Source: an uncultured delta proteobacterium
Lineage (GTDB): Bacteria; Myxococcota; Myxococcia; Myxococcales; Anaeromyxobacteraceae
NCBI GenBank assembly: GCA_963828255.1
Contig: CAWHDZ010000008.1
Span: 96,001 to 160,000, forward strand
Length of the DNA: 64,000 bases
Direction: 5' to 3'
The first letter of the stretch is position 1. Each line of letters starts with the position of its first letter. The translations under genes and the position numbers were made by a program. Below, in pieces: positions 22,178-32,308 of this stretch. A model generated the notes under the pieces. It was not told the origin of the DNA, searched no databases, and was given only the letters and a program-made list of their open reading frames with translations.

Positions 22178-23095
22178 TTAGGTTTTGCCTAGGTGTGCAC
22201 GTCGCCCAGCGGCTCCCCGCGCGGCCTCGGCCATGGCCACCGCCGCGGGGTGGCGCAGCCGCCGCTCCACGGTGAGCACGTAGAAGCGCTCCCGCACCTC
22301 GTCGGCCCGCCCCACCGGGACCACCCCGTACTGGCCGCAGACCTCCTTCTCGATGGTGTCCGGCACGGCGAACACCCCCATCCCCTTCGCCCCGAAGGCC
22401 TTGAGGAGCGCGCCGTCGTCGAACTCGCCGGCCACCACCGGCTCCACCCCCCGGGCCTCGAACCAGCCCTCCAGCCCCTGGCGCAGCGCGGTGCCCGCCG
22501 CCGGGAGCAGCACCGGCGCCCCGGAGAGCGAGCCCGGGAAACCCTTGCGCAGGTGGGCGAGGCCCGGCGCGGCCAGGAAGACCACCCCGCACTCGACCAG
22601 CAGGTGGCCGAAGGCCTTGACCCGCACCGACTCGGGGGCCGGGCTGTCCGAGAGCACCGCGTCGAGCTCGTGCAGCGCCAGCGAGGCCAGCAGCGCCGGC
22701 AGCGGTCCCTCCCGGCAGACGAGGCGTAGATCTTTCACCCCGTCCACCGCCGACTGGAGCATCCGCTCGGCCACCAGCTTCGGGATCACGTCGGCCACCC
22801 CCACGGCGAAAGGGACACGCTCCCGGGACGGCGCGCCCTTCAGCACCTGCTGCAGCTCCCGGCCGGTGCGGAAGATCTCGTCGGCATAGCGCTGCACCGT
22901 GCGCCCCACATCGGTGAGCACGAGTCCGCGGCCGCGCCGCTCGACGAGCGGGTGGCCGAGCGCCCCCTCCAGCGTCTTCAGCTGGCTGGAGATGCTGGGC
23001 TGGGAGACGCGCAGCTCCAGGCTGGCGCGGGCGATGCTGCCGGTCCGGGCCACGACCCAGAAGTAGTGGAGGTGGTGGTAGTTGAGCCATTCCAT
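22178..23095 (-). CDS. nhaR: LysR-family activator, NhaR-like
   Basis: MEWLNYHHLHYFWVVA N-terminus, GEFDDGALLKAFG. Confidence 0.88.
   Translation of the reverse strand: MEWLNYHHLHYFWVVARTGSIARASLELRVSQPSISSQLKTLEGALGHPLVERRGRGLVLTDVGRTVQRYADEIFRTGRELQQVLKGAPSRERVPFAVGVADVIPKLVAERMLQSAVDGVKDLRLVCREGPLPALLASLALHELDAVLSDSPAPESVRVKAFGHLLVECGVVFLAAPGLAHLRKGFPGSLSGAPVLLPAAGTALRQGLEGWFEARGVEPVVAGEFDDGALLKAFGAKGMGVFAVPDTIEKEVCGQYGVVPVGRADEVRERFYVLTVERRLRHPAAVAMAEAARGAAGRRAHLGKT
22179..22191. promoter_or_regulatory. Candidate LysR T-N11-A box upstream of htpX
   Basis: TAGG-TTTTG-CCTA palindrome in an AT-rich patch about 95 bp before the htpX start. Confidence 0.4.
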
Positions 23096-23168
23096 TCATC
23101 CAGTATACCTAATTATTCATTCGATACTTCATATCGCATGGGGCGTGATCCGGGCCTAGAGAGCCGGG

Positions 23169-24152
23169 ATGGAGCACACGGTTCTCGAGTGGGCGGTCTT
23201 CCTGGCGTTGGTCCTGGCGATGCTGGCTCTCGACCTCGGGGTCTTCAACCGCAAGGACCACGTGGTCGGACCGCGCGAGGCGCTCGGCTGGTCGGCCGTC
23301 TGGGTCTCGCTGGCCCTGGCCTTCGGCGGGTGGGTGTGGTTCCGGCACGGCGGCGAGCTCGGGCTCCAGTACCTGACCGGCTACGTGATCGAGAAGTCGC
23401 TCTCGGTGGACAACATCTTCGTCTTCGTCGTCATCTTCGGCGCGCTGGGGATCCCGCCCATCTACCAGCACCGGGTGCTCTTCTGGGGCATCCTCTCGGC
23501 GCTGGTGATGCGCGGCGCCATGATCGCGGCCGGTGCGGCACTGATCACCCGCTTCCACTGGATCATCTACGTCTTCGGCGCCTTCCTGGTGCTCACCGGC
23601 GTGAAGCTCCTGCTGGCCCGCGGCGCCGCCGACCACCCAGAGAACAGCGCGGTCTTCAAGTTCCTCCGCCGCATCGTCCCGGCCAGCCCCCACCTCGACG
23701 GAAACCACTTCTTCACGAAGCAGAACGGCAAGTGGCTCGCCACCCCGCTCTTCTTCGCGCTGGCCCTCATCGAGGTGACCGACGTGATCTTCGCGGTGGA
23801 CTCGATCCCGGCCATCTTCGCGGTGACGAGCGATCCCTTCATCGTCTTCACCTCCAACATCTTCGCCATCCTCGGGCTCCGCTCCCTCTACTTCCTCCTG
23901 GCCGGATTCGTGGAGAAGTTCACGTACCTCAAGCCCTCGCTGGCCTTCGTCCTCATGTTCGTGGGCGCCAAGATGGCGCTCGTGGACGTGGTGAAGATCC
24001 ACGCCGCGGCCTCGCTCGCGGTGGTGCTGACGATCCTCGCCGTCGGGATCGTGGCCTCCGCGCTCAAGAACCGGCGCTACCAAGCTGCCCTGGCCGCTGC
24101 CGCTGCCGAGGCCTCCCGCGCCGCGCCGCTGGTGCGCAAGGAGGCGGCCTGA
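23169..24152 (+). CDS. terC: TerC/Alx family membrane protein
   Basis: EKSLSVDN, DVIFAVDSIPA, SNIFAILGLRSLY. Confidence 0.92.
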   Translation: MEHTVLEWAVFLALVLAMLALDLGVFNRKDHVVGPREALGWSAVWVSLALAFGGWVWFRHGGELGLQYLTGYVIEKSLSVDNIFVFVVIFGALGIPPIYQHRVLFWGILSALVMRGAMIAAGAALITRFHWIIYVFGAFLVLTGVKLLLARGAADHPENSAVFKFLRRIVPASPHLDGNHFFTKQNGKWLATPLFFALALIEVTDVIFAVDSIPAIFAVTSDPFIVFTSNIFAILGLRSLYFLLAGFVEKFTYLKPSLAFVLMFVGAKMALVDVVKIHAAASLAVVLTILAVGIVASALKNRRYQAALAAAAAEASRAAPLVRKEAA

Positions 24153-24171
24153 GAGCGGCGCCCGGTGCGGG

Positions 24172-26457
24172 TCACCGCCCTCGGGGTCGGCCCTTCATGG
24201 ACTCGACCTCTGCGAGGAGCGCACGGGACTCGGCGTGCTCGGGGTGGGCGGCCAGCAGCGCGCGCAGCGTCGCCTCCGCCCCGTCCAGGTCTCCGGCGCG
24301 GGACTGGTAGTAGCCGAGCGTCCAGGCGTAGCGGACGTCGTCGGGGCGCAACCGCGCAGCCGTCCGGGCAAGGGCGGCCGCCTCGGAAGGCTTCCGCTCC
24401 CCGACCAGCACCGCCAGGTTGAAGGCCGCGGGGGCGAGGCGCGGGTCGGCCACGAGCGCAGCGCGCAGCATCTCCTCGGCCCCGTCCCGGTCGTTCCGCT
24501 CGGCCAGCAGCAGCCCCAGGTTGAAGGCGATGCCGGCGTGGCCAGGCTGCTGGGCACGGGCCTCGCGCAGCAGCGTCTCGGCCTCGGCCCCCCTTCCGTT
24601 CACCGCGAGCAGCATGGCCAGGTTGGAACGGGCCAGGAAGAGCTGGTCGTCGATGGCGATGGCCCGCCGGTACTGCCTCTCGGCGTCGGCGCTGCGCCCC
24701 AGCGCGGCGTACAGGTTGCCCAGGTTGTAGGGGCCGGAGGGCAGGTCGGACATGTAGCGCTGCCCGGCCTCGTACCCGGAGAGCGCCTCGGCCCATGCCT
24801 TCTGCTGCGCCCCGGTGAGCCGCCGGGAGGGCGGGCCGGCCAGGCGCGCGGCCGCCTCGGCGCGCACCCAGCGCACCGGATCCTGGAGCAGCGGTCCGAG
24901 CAGCACGGCGAGCCGCCCCGGATCGGCCTCGCCCAACCGCCCCACCGCGGTGACCCGCAGGAGCGGCTCCGGGTCGGAGAGGGCCTTCTCGACGCCCGCG
25001 CGGGCCTCGCCTCCCGGGTAGCCGGAGAGCAGGTCCACGGCGGTGGCCCGGACCACCACCGGGAAGCGCGGATCCGCGGCGAGCCGGACGAGTTCCGTCT
25101 CGGCCCCGGGCTCCCTGGCCCGCCCTGCCGCGATGGTCGTCCCGTAGTGCGGCTTGCGCTTCTTCCCGTACCAGCCGTCGTGCTTCTCCTGCACCCAGGA
25201 GAGCTTCCGGTCGGCGTGGCACCCGGAGGCGTTGCAGGCGTTGGGCACGCCGATGGAGGCGGTCAGGTCGGGACGCGGGACGCGCATGGAGTGGTCGCGC
25301 CGGAAGTGCACCACCATGAAGTCCTGGCCGGGCATGTGGCAGGAGACGCAGAGCACGCCGGCGCTCGGCTTCCCCTTCCACTCCGGCCTGTGGAAGTGGT
25401 GGGACGGAGCGTCGTAGGTGTCGGCGCGGTGGCAGCGCGTGCAGAGCCGGTTTCCCTCCTCGTGCCGCTTGCCCGAGTGGACGTCGTGGCAGTCGGCGCA
25501 GCGCACCCCGTTCGCGTGCATCTTGCTCTGCGTGAAGGCGTGCCACTCGAAGTCCTCGTCGAGGATCTGCCCGTCGGCGTGGAAGACCCCGGGGGCGAGC
25601 AGCGAGGGCAGGTAGGCGTCGAGCAGCTCCCCGCCCGGTGCGACCGGGTCGGCGAACTGGGCGCGCCGGGAGTGGCAGGGGGCGCACAGCGCCGTCATTT
25701 CACCCGGGGTGAGACGGGCCGTCTTCGCCACCAGGCCGGCGTTCTCGACGGCCGTGCGCCCCATGGCCGGCTGCTCCGCCCAGGCGACGTGGCGTGACCC
25801 CGGGCCGTGGCAGGCCTCGCATCCCACCATGATCTCCGACCAGGTGGTCTCGTAGGCGTCCGTCTCCGGGTCGTAGCGCTTGCGGACCGCGGTGGAGTGG
25901 CAGTCGGAGCACATGGCGTTCCAGCCCTGGCCGGGGCGGGTCCAGTGGAGCCAGTCGCCGGGCGGCGCGGGCGGCCCCGGGTTCACGTGGAACCAGCGCT
26001 TCGCCCTCGTGTCCCAGGCCGCCGAGAGGGCCTGGAGCCGCCCGCCGGGGAAGGGCACCAGGTATTGCTGCAGCGGGGCCACGCCGAAGGTGTAGGCCAC
26101 CTCGAAGTCGCGCATCTCGCCGTCCGGCCCCTCGGCGTGGACGAGGAACCTCTCGCCCTGCCGGAAGAAGCGCCAGGTCTTGCCCCGGTGGACGAGCGTC
26201 GCCCCGGAGAAGTCGCCGAGCACCGTCCCGTCCCGGGCCGGCTGCATGGCGAGCGCGTGGTTCGACCCCTTCCACGCCGTGAAGGCCTTCTCGTGGCAGG
26301 CCTTGCACTTCTCGCTTCCCACGTGCTGCGGCGCGGCGCCCGGCGCGCTGCGCGGCGGGCGGAACGCGCGCACCGCGAGGTACAGCGGGACCGAGAGCAG
26401 GATGGCCGCCGTGGCGGCCACGGACGCGATCCGGTAGCGGCGCAGGGTCGGGTCCAT
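24172..26457 (-). CDS. Multiheme c-type cytochrome with HEAT/TPR C-terminus
   Basis: Seven CxxCH motifs (CKACH, CSDCH, CEACH, CAPCH, CADCH, CTRCH, CVSCH) plus CNASGCH; N-terminal TM helix; TPR repeats. Confidence 0.9.
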   Translation of the reverse strand: MDPTLRRYRIASVAATAAILLSVPLYLAVRAFRPPRSAPGAAPQHVGSEKCKACHEKAFTAWKGSNHALAMQPARDGTVLGDFSGATLVHRGKTWRFFRQGERFLVHAEGPDGEMRDFEVAYTFGVAPLQQYLVPFPGGRLQALSAAWDTRAKRWFHVNPGPPAPPGDWLHWTRPGQGWNAMCSDCHSTAVRKRYDPETDAYETTWSEIMVGCEACHGPGSRHVAWAEQPAMGRTAVENAGLVAKTARLTPGEMTALCAPCHSRRAQFADPVAPGGELLDAYLPSLLAPGVFHADGQILDEDFEWHAFTQSKMHANGVRCADCHDVHSGKRHEEGNRLCTRCHRADTYDAPSHHFHRPEWKGKPSAGVLCVSCHMPGQDFMVVHFRRDHSMRVPRPDLTASIGVPNACNASGCHADRKLSWVQEKHDGWYGKKRKPHYGTTIAAGRAREPGAETELVRLAADPRFPVVVRATAVDLLSGYPGGEARAGVEKALSDPEPLLRVTAVGRLGEADPGRLAVLLGPLLQDPVRWVRAEAAARLAGPPSRRLTGAQQKAWAEALSGYEAGQRYMSDLPSGPYNLGNLYAALGRSADAERQYRRAIAIDDQLFLARSNLAMLLAVNGRGAEAETLLREARAQQPGHAGIAFNLGLLLAERNDRDGAEEMLRAALVADPRLAPAAFNLAVLVGERKPSEAAALARTAARLRPDDVRYAWTLGYYQSRAGDLDGAEATLRALLAAHPEHAESRALLAEVESMKGRPRGR

Positions 26458-26955
26458 CTAGAGGTAGGTCACCTGGCCCGGCTCGAAGCGGGCTCGCGCG
26501 ATGCGGCGGGAGGTGTCCACCTTGACGATGCCCCCCTCGATCACCACCGGGAAGAGGTCGAGGGCGCGGGTGGCCGGCGGCGCGAGCACGTCCCCCCGGT
26601 CGTCGAAGCGCGAGGCGTGGCACGGGCAGGGGAACACCCGCTGCTTCCCGTCCCACGGAACCATGCACCCGAGGTGCGTGCATCGCGAGGAGAGGGCGAG
26701 GAACCCGCCGTCGGCGAGGCGCACCAGGTAGAACTTTCCGCCGGGGAAGGCGCGCACGGAGGAGGGCGTGAACTCGGCCACCGGGCCGGCGACGACGAGC
26801 GCGGCGCCGCGCCCCGCCCCTCCCCTGGCGGGGGCCAGGTAGGCCACCACCACCGCCAGGAGCTGGACTCCGGCCAGGATCCCCAGCCCCTTTCCGGCCT
26901 TCCCGAGGAAGTCGCGGCGGGCGGGCCCGGCCGGCTCGATGGACGGCGCCGTCAC
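26458..26955 (-). CDS. Rieske 2Fe-2S protein
   Basis: Tat motif RRDFL, CTHLGC, CPCHASRF. Confidence 0.92.
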   Translation of the reverse strand: MTAPSIEPAGPARRDFLGKAGKGLGILAGVQLLAVVVAYLAPARGGAGRGAALVVAGPVAEFTPSSVRAFPGGKFYLVRLADGGFLALSSRCTHLGCMVPWDGKQRVFPCPCHASRFDDRGDVLAPPATRALDLFPVVIEGGIVKVDTSRRIARARFEPGQVTYL

Positions 26956-28276
26956 GGGAGCACCAGCGCCATTCCCTGGCCCCGGAGGAACACGCCCACC
27001 AGCGTGAGCACCACGAAGGAGGCCAGCGCGAAGCTCACGGCGGTCTGGACCGACTCGATCCGGGTCGCGCCGCGGCGGCGCGACAGCCAGGCCGCGCCGA
27101 GGAGCAGGATGGCCATGGCGGTGAGCGGAAGCAGGCCGCTGCGCACCGCGGGCGGGATCCCGGGCAGCCACGGGGGGGCCCGCCGCAGGGGCTCGTTCGC
27201 CACCACCGCTCCCGCGGTCCCCACCGCGGCGACGGCCGCCGCCACGAGCGCGTGGCGGGCGCCCAGCGCGGAGCCGAACCAGCGGCCGGTGGGCGGCTCG
27301 CGTCCGCCCAGCGCCGGGAGCAGGAGGAGCAGGGCCACGCCGAGGACCGGGACCACGACGGCCCCGAAGGCCGGGTGGAGGTGGACCAGCAGCTCCTGCA
27401 GCCCCATGAAGTACCAGGGCGCCCTGGCCGGGTTCGGGCTCATGCCCGGGTTGGCCTGGGCGAGCAGGGGCGCGTCCCACAGGGCCGCGGCGACCAGTAC
27501 CGCGGCCAGCACGCCGAGCGCCATGGCTGCTTCACGCTGCGTGAGGTTCGGCGACGAGGGAACGAGCGCCCCGCGCGGGGAGGCCCGGTCGCCCGCGCCG
27601 GGGGGAAGGATCACCCCGCCCACCTTCCTCACCAGCCAGAAGTGGAAGGCCAGCAGGAGCAGCATGGCGATGGGCAGGATGGCCACGTGGAGCACGAAGA
27701 AGCGCGCCAGCGTCGCCGGCCCGACGTCGGCGCCGCCGCGGGCGGCGCGGAGCAGGACCCCGCCCACCACCGGCGCGTACTCGAGCATCCCGGTGCCGAT
27801 GGTCACCGCCCAGAAGGCCAGCTGGTCCCAGGGGAGCAGGTAGCCTGTGAAGGCGCAGGCGACCACGAGAAGCAGGAGCGCCACCCCGGCGAACCAGTTG
27901 CCCCGGCGCGGGGGCAAGTGCCCGCCCCGGTAGAAGACCCGCAGCAGGTGGAGCAGGGTGACCAGCACCATCCCGTTCGCCGCCCAGTGATGGACGTTGC
28001 GCACGAGCGCGCCGAAGGGGACCTCGTCCACGAGCCGGACCAGCGTTCCGTGGGCCCGCTCCGGCGAGGGCTCGTAGACCACCAGCAGGAGCGACCCGGT
28101 GACGGCGAGGATCAGGAAGAGGACCGCAGCAGTCCCCCCAGGCCGAAGGTCACCGGAAGGGGGAGTGCCGCCGCCGGAACGAGCCTGGGGTGCAGGTGGA
28201 GGACGAGGTTTGCGAAGCCCGAGGGCTTCCGCGCCGGGAGCGGGGCCTCGCGTGGATCTGTAGCCGGGCTTGCGAT
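26952..28276 (-). pseudogene. Cytochrome b subunit, frameshifted at 28134-28139 and lacking a canonical start
   Basis: RNVHHWAA, HLLR, TGYLLPWDQ, FFVLH, APWY; N-terminus NLVLHLHPR..TFGLGG lies in another frame. Confidence 0.75.
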
Positions 28277-28606
28277 CCGCGGATTCTAGCCCAAGGGTCA
28301 GAAGTAGGTGGCGAGGATGAGCCCGACCTGCGGCGCCCAGCTGCGGCTGGGCTGCAGGCTGGTGATGGCGCTCCAGCTGACCTCGACGGTCTGCCCCTGC
28401 GCCTGGAGGCGCAGCCCCTTGCCGACCTGACAAGCGGCGGCGGCGATGAGCAGGACACTGACTCCCATGGTGTACCCCCGTGGAGCCAAACACCGGAGCG
28501 CGCCAAGGGTTGCGGATCGCCAGTCCCCCATGGAGTGCTTGCGCGCCGCCCGGAGAAGGGGGAACCTGCGCCCGCCGTCCACGATCACGAAACAAGGAGG
28601 AGCACG

Positions 28607-28939
28607 ATGACCCGTATCCTTGCACTGGCACTCTTCGCGGTTCTCGCCGCGGGCTGCGCCACCACCTCGAGCGTGAAGGAGGAGATGGCTCCTCTTTCCG
28701 CCAGGGTGACGACGCTCGAGCAGCAGGACGCCGCGATGCAGGCCAAGCTCGCCGACCTGAGCAGGAAGTCAGACGCGCAGTCCGCCGATGTCCAGGCGCT
28801 CCGCAAGGAGATCGCCAACTCCAACGCGGCTGCCCAGAAGTCCGCGGCAGACGCCGAGGCCGCCGCCGTGCGCGCCGAGACCGCCGCCGCCAAGGCCGCC
28901 AAGGCCTTCGAGCTGCGCCAGATGAAGGGCGCGAAGTAG
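28607..28939 (+). CDS. Lpp/OprI-like alanine-zipper lipoprotein
   Basis: LAAGC lipobox, coiled coil, terminal Lys; AAGGAGG ribosome-binding site. Confidence 0.8.
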   Translation: MTRILALALFAVLAAGCATTSSVKEEMAPLSARVTTLEQQDAAMQAKLADLSRKSDAQSADVQALRKEIANSNAAAQKSAADAEAAAVRAETAAAKAAKAFELRQMKGAK

Positions 28940-29006
28940 CAGTTCCGGCGCCGGGGGGTGCGGCCTCGCGCCGCGCCCCCTGGCGCGCCACTCCCTCACG
29001 GCTCGA

Positions 29007-29996
29007 TCAGCTCCGGTCCGGAGACCGATCCTGTGTGACGTCCACCGGGAGGCCCCGCGGGTCCGAGAGCGCCTCGTCGAGCTTCCCCGCGTCCACCGAG
29101 CCGAGCAGTCCGCGCTTGCCCAGGAGCCGCCGCGCCTCGGAGGCCACGTCCACCTTGGCGTCCTCGTCGGGGTGGATCTCCACGAAGACCCGCCCGGCCC
29201 GCACGCCGACCTTCACCGGCTCGCGGACGATCCGGACCTCGGCCCCCACCGGCACCCGCTCGAAGAGGACCGGGATGTCCTCGGGGTAGAGCCGCAGGCA
29301 ACCGTGGCTGGCCCGGCGCCCCACGCCGAAGGGCGTATCGGTGCCGTGGATGAGGATCGACCCCCTGTCGAGCCGAAGCGCGTGGGTCCCGAGCGGATTG
29401 TCCGGCCCGGGCGGCACCACCGCCGGCAGGTCGGGCTCCTCCTTGCGAATCGACGCGGGCGGGTACCAGGGCGGGTTCACCTGCTTCTGGATCACCTTGA
29501 AGGTGCCGGTGGGCGTGGCCCAGCCCTCGGTGCCGATGCCCACCGGGAAGGTCATGGCCGGCCCGGGCTTGCTGGGGAAGTGGAAGAGGCGCATCTCGGA
29601 AAGGTTCACCACCACCCTCCCCGGCGCCGCGGCCCGGGGCACGATCCAGGAGGTGGGGAGGGTGACCATCGCGCCCACGGTGGGGATGAAGGCGTCCTGC
29701 CCCGGGTTGGCCGCCTCGATCTCGTTGAATCCCAGGTCGTACTGGCGCGCCATCTCGATGAGCGAGTCGCCGGGCAGCACCACCCGCTGGCAGGAGGTCC
29801 CGATGACCTCGACGGCCTTGCATTCACCCGGTGTGTTGCAGGCGGCGGCCTGGACGATGGGGCAGCGCGGCGCGACCGCGGCGACGGGCTCGGGCTCCTT
29901 CGGTGGCTCGGGCGGCGGGGGGACGTGCGCGCAGCCGGCCCAGAGGGCGGCGAGGAGGAGCCAGGCTCCCGGGAGGAGGTGGAGTCGTGCCGGCAT
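29007..29996 (-). CDS. LysM + L,D-transpeptidase (ErfK/YcfS-like) lipoprotein
   Basis: LysM-like segment, FPVGIG, PGPDNPLG, IHGT..ASHGCLRL. Confidence 0.92.
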   Translation of the reverse strand: MPARLHLLPGAWLLLAALWAGCAHVPPPPEPPKEPEPVAAVAPRCPIVQAAACNTPGECKAVEVIGTSCQRVVLPGDSLIEMARQYDLGFNEIEAANPGQDAFIPTVGAMVTLPTSWIVPRAAAPGRVVVNLSEMRLFHFPSKPGPAMTFPVGIGTEGWATPTGTFKVIQKQVNPPWYPPASIRKEEPDLPAVVPPGPDNPLGTHALRLDRGSILIHGTDTPFGVGRRASHGCLRLYPEDIPVLFERVPVGAEVRIVREPVKVGVRAGRVFVEIHPDEDAKVDVASEARRLLGKRGLLGSVDAGKLDEALSDPRGLPVDVTQDRSPDRS

Positions 29997-30063
29997 GGCG
30001 CAAGGGTTAGTGGAAGGCAGGGAGCGTGACAAGGGGCTCCGGCGCGGTTAGCGTTTCCGGGCG

Positions 30064-30561
30064 ATGCGTGCGGCCGCGATCCTCATGCTTTTCCTCGCCG
30101 GGAGCGGCGCCGGGGCCGACGAGGCCGACCGGACTCCGGCGGCTTGTCCCACGACGGGCGACTGGGTGGCCGTCTTCACCCTCAAGCGGGAGATCTGGCT
30201 CTGCCGCCACGGGTCGGTGGTGGGACGGATCCCGGTGGCGCTGGGGCGGGGCGGAACCGGGAAGAGGCGGACAGGCGACCACCGGACCCCGGTCGGCGCC
30301 TACGCCTTCGGGACCCCGAGGCAATCGAAGCTCTACGGGACCTTCATCCCCTTCGACTACCCAACCCGCGAGCAGGCGTCGCAGGGGCACTCGGGCAGCG
30401 CGCTGGGGATCCACGGCCCCCCGCGCGGACAGGCCGAGCCCGAGTACCCGACCACGGCCTTCGACTGGACCATGGGCTGCGTGGCCACCGGGACCGACTC
30501 CGACGTGGAGACCATCGCCGAGTTCGTGCGCAGGTACCAGCCGACCTTGCTGGTGCGGTGA
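30064..30561 (+). CDS. YkuD/L,D-transpeptidase family protein
   Basis: GDHRTPVG, DYP, GIHG...WTMGCVA. Confidence 0.85.
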   Translation: MRAAAILMLFLAGSGAGADEADRTPAACPTTGDWVAVFTLKREIWLCRHGSVVGRIPVALGRGGTGKRRTGDHRTPVGAYAFGTPRQSKLYGTFIPFDYPTREQASQGHSGSALGIHGPPRGQAEPEYPTTAFDWTMGCVATGTDSDVETIAEFVRRYQPTLLVR

Positions 30562-30570
30562 GTCACGGCG

Positions 30571-32050
30571 TCAGTCGGGGTCGCCCGCCACCGGCAACTC
30601 CACGCGGAACGTGGACCCCTGGCCCGGGCTGCTGGTGGCCGTGATGGTTCCGCCATGCGCGGTGACGATGGAATGGCAGATGGCAGGAAGCGCATGGCCT
30701 CGTCGAGCCGGCGAACGATGGTCTCCCTGTCGACCGGTCCGCCGGAACGGATCGCCTCCTTCACCGCCTCGACCTCCTCGATGGCGAACCCTTGTCCCGC
30801 CAGCTCCCCGGTGAGCGGGTTGTCGATCTCGTGGGCCACGCCTGCCACCAGCGTCCCCAGCGCGGCGAGCCGCGACGCCACCACGAGCCGTTCCTCGAGT
30901 GCCCGTTTCTCCGTGACGTCCTGGGTCATGATGAGACCGTGGGTGACAGCGCCCGACGCGTCGCGCACCGGCTCCAGGATGACGCCGACGGCGCAGTCGC
31001 GAACCTGGAATGGGCTCGCCGGGACTCCCTGGCAAGCACGGCCCGGGTCCCGTCCATCAGGACGTAGCGGAGGTCCCGGAAGAAGAGCCCCACCGCCCCG
31101 TTGGGGAAGTTCTCCATGACCGCACGCTGGAGGGCCTCGCTCCGGTGCAGGGCGTCCTCCGCCTCCTTCTGGGCCTGGATGCCGGAAATGGTCCCGGCGA
31201 TGCGGAGGGCCTTGCCGGCCGGATCGCGGGCCGATACTCCGCCGCGGCTGCGGACCCACCGACAGGTCCCGTCGGCGTGCCGGGTGCGAAACACCCGGTC
31301 GAAGTGCCCCTCCCCGCTCGCCATCACGGCCTCGTAGACCGGGCGAATCTCGCGGAGGTCGTCGGGGTGCATCCGGGCCCGCCACTCGTCGCTGCCCGCC
31401 ACCGTGTCCACGGCGGGCCGGCCGGTGATCTCGTTCATCCGGGCGCTGTGGAAAACCTTCCCGGTGACGAGGTCACGCTCCCAGTAGCCGTCGGTGCTGG
31501 CGTCGAGGACCGATTGCAGCCGCTCCCGGCTCTCGCGGAGCTCGGTGGCGATCCCCGCCTGCTCCATCTCCGCGAGGAACTGCAGGCGGCGGACGCGATG
31601 CTGCCGCCATGAGACGAAGCCGGCGGCGAGATTCGTCATCGGCAGCATGTCGCCGATCAGCAGGGCCGCGGCAGGGGGGGGTCGCGAAACGCCAGGATCC
31701 AGGCGGCCGCCCCGACTGTGATCGTTCCGGCCCCGATGGCCTGGAGGGAGAACCGGTTGGGGAGAAGCGCCCAGACGCAGACCACGAGGAACATGTCGAA
31801 CGTGACGGGAAGCAGGTAATCGGCCGGACGGGTGGACTGGATGACGACGTCGATGGTCGCGGCGGCGGCCACCCGCAGGGCGAAGAGCAGACCTCGCGTC
31901 GGCGGACCGACGAGGCGCAGGTCGTTCGAAACGGGTGCCAGGGAGGGCAGAGCCAGACCGCCAGTGATGATCGCCGCGGTGCGCCCGTCGTACCGCAGGA
32001 ACCGGGCGCGGTACTCCGCCTCCAGCGCCGGCGGCACGGGCCCCGTGCCC
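30571..32050 (-). pseudogene. Collapsed remnant of a membrane PAS histidine kinase
   Basis: Pieces in different frames: TM segments, PAS (DGYWERD..MHPDD), HisKA (GVAHEIDNPL), HATPase end (HGGTITATSSPGQGSTF). Confidence 0.7.
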
Positions 32051-32087
32051 GCCAGTCGTCCAGGACCTCTCCCTCCACCCATGGTGA

Positions 32088-32252
32088 CGACGCAAGGCCC
32101 CCTGCCCGACGTGGTCAAAAGGCCTTTGGGGGCGCCCCTGGCGATCAGAACGGGGATCGTCTCTTTTGCCGCCTTGCGCGCCTTCCTGGTCTACGTGAGG
32201 GATGAGGACTACTTCCACCTGCTGCCTCCGGCGGCGGGCGACGACGCCCCCG
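32088..32252 (+). repeat. Degenerate copy of the promoter and 5' end of the radical SAM gene (matches about 33649-33814)
   Basis: CTTCCTGGTCTACGTGAGGGATGAGGACTACTTCCACCTGCTGCCTCCGGCGGCGGG is identical in both copies; flanks are diverged. Confidence 0.9.
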
Positions 32253-32308
32253 GGCCAGCGACGGCCCGGGAGCGTGCGCAAGTCGCGCGGCGGGGACCTC
32301 GGTCGACC

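Noticed and set aside
28298..28468. Short minus-strand ORF upstream of cytochrome b
   Set aside because: No recognisable motif or ribosome-binding site; cannot be supported as a gene.
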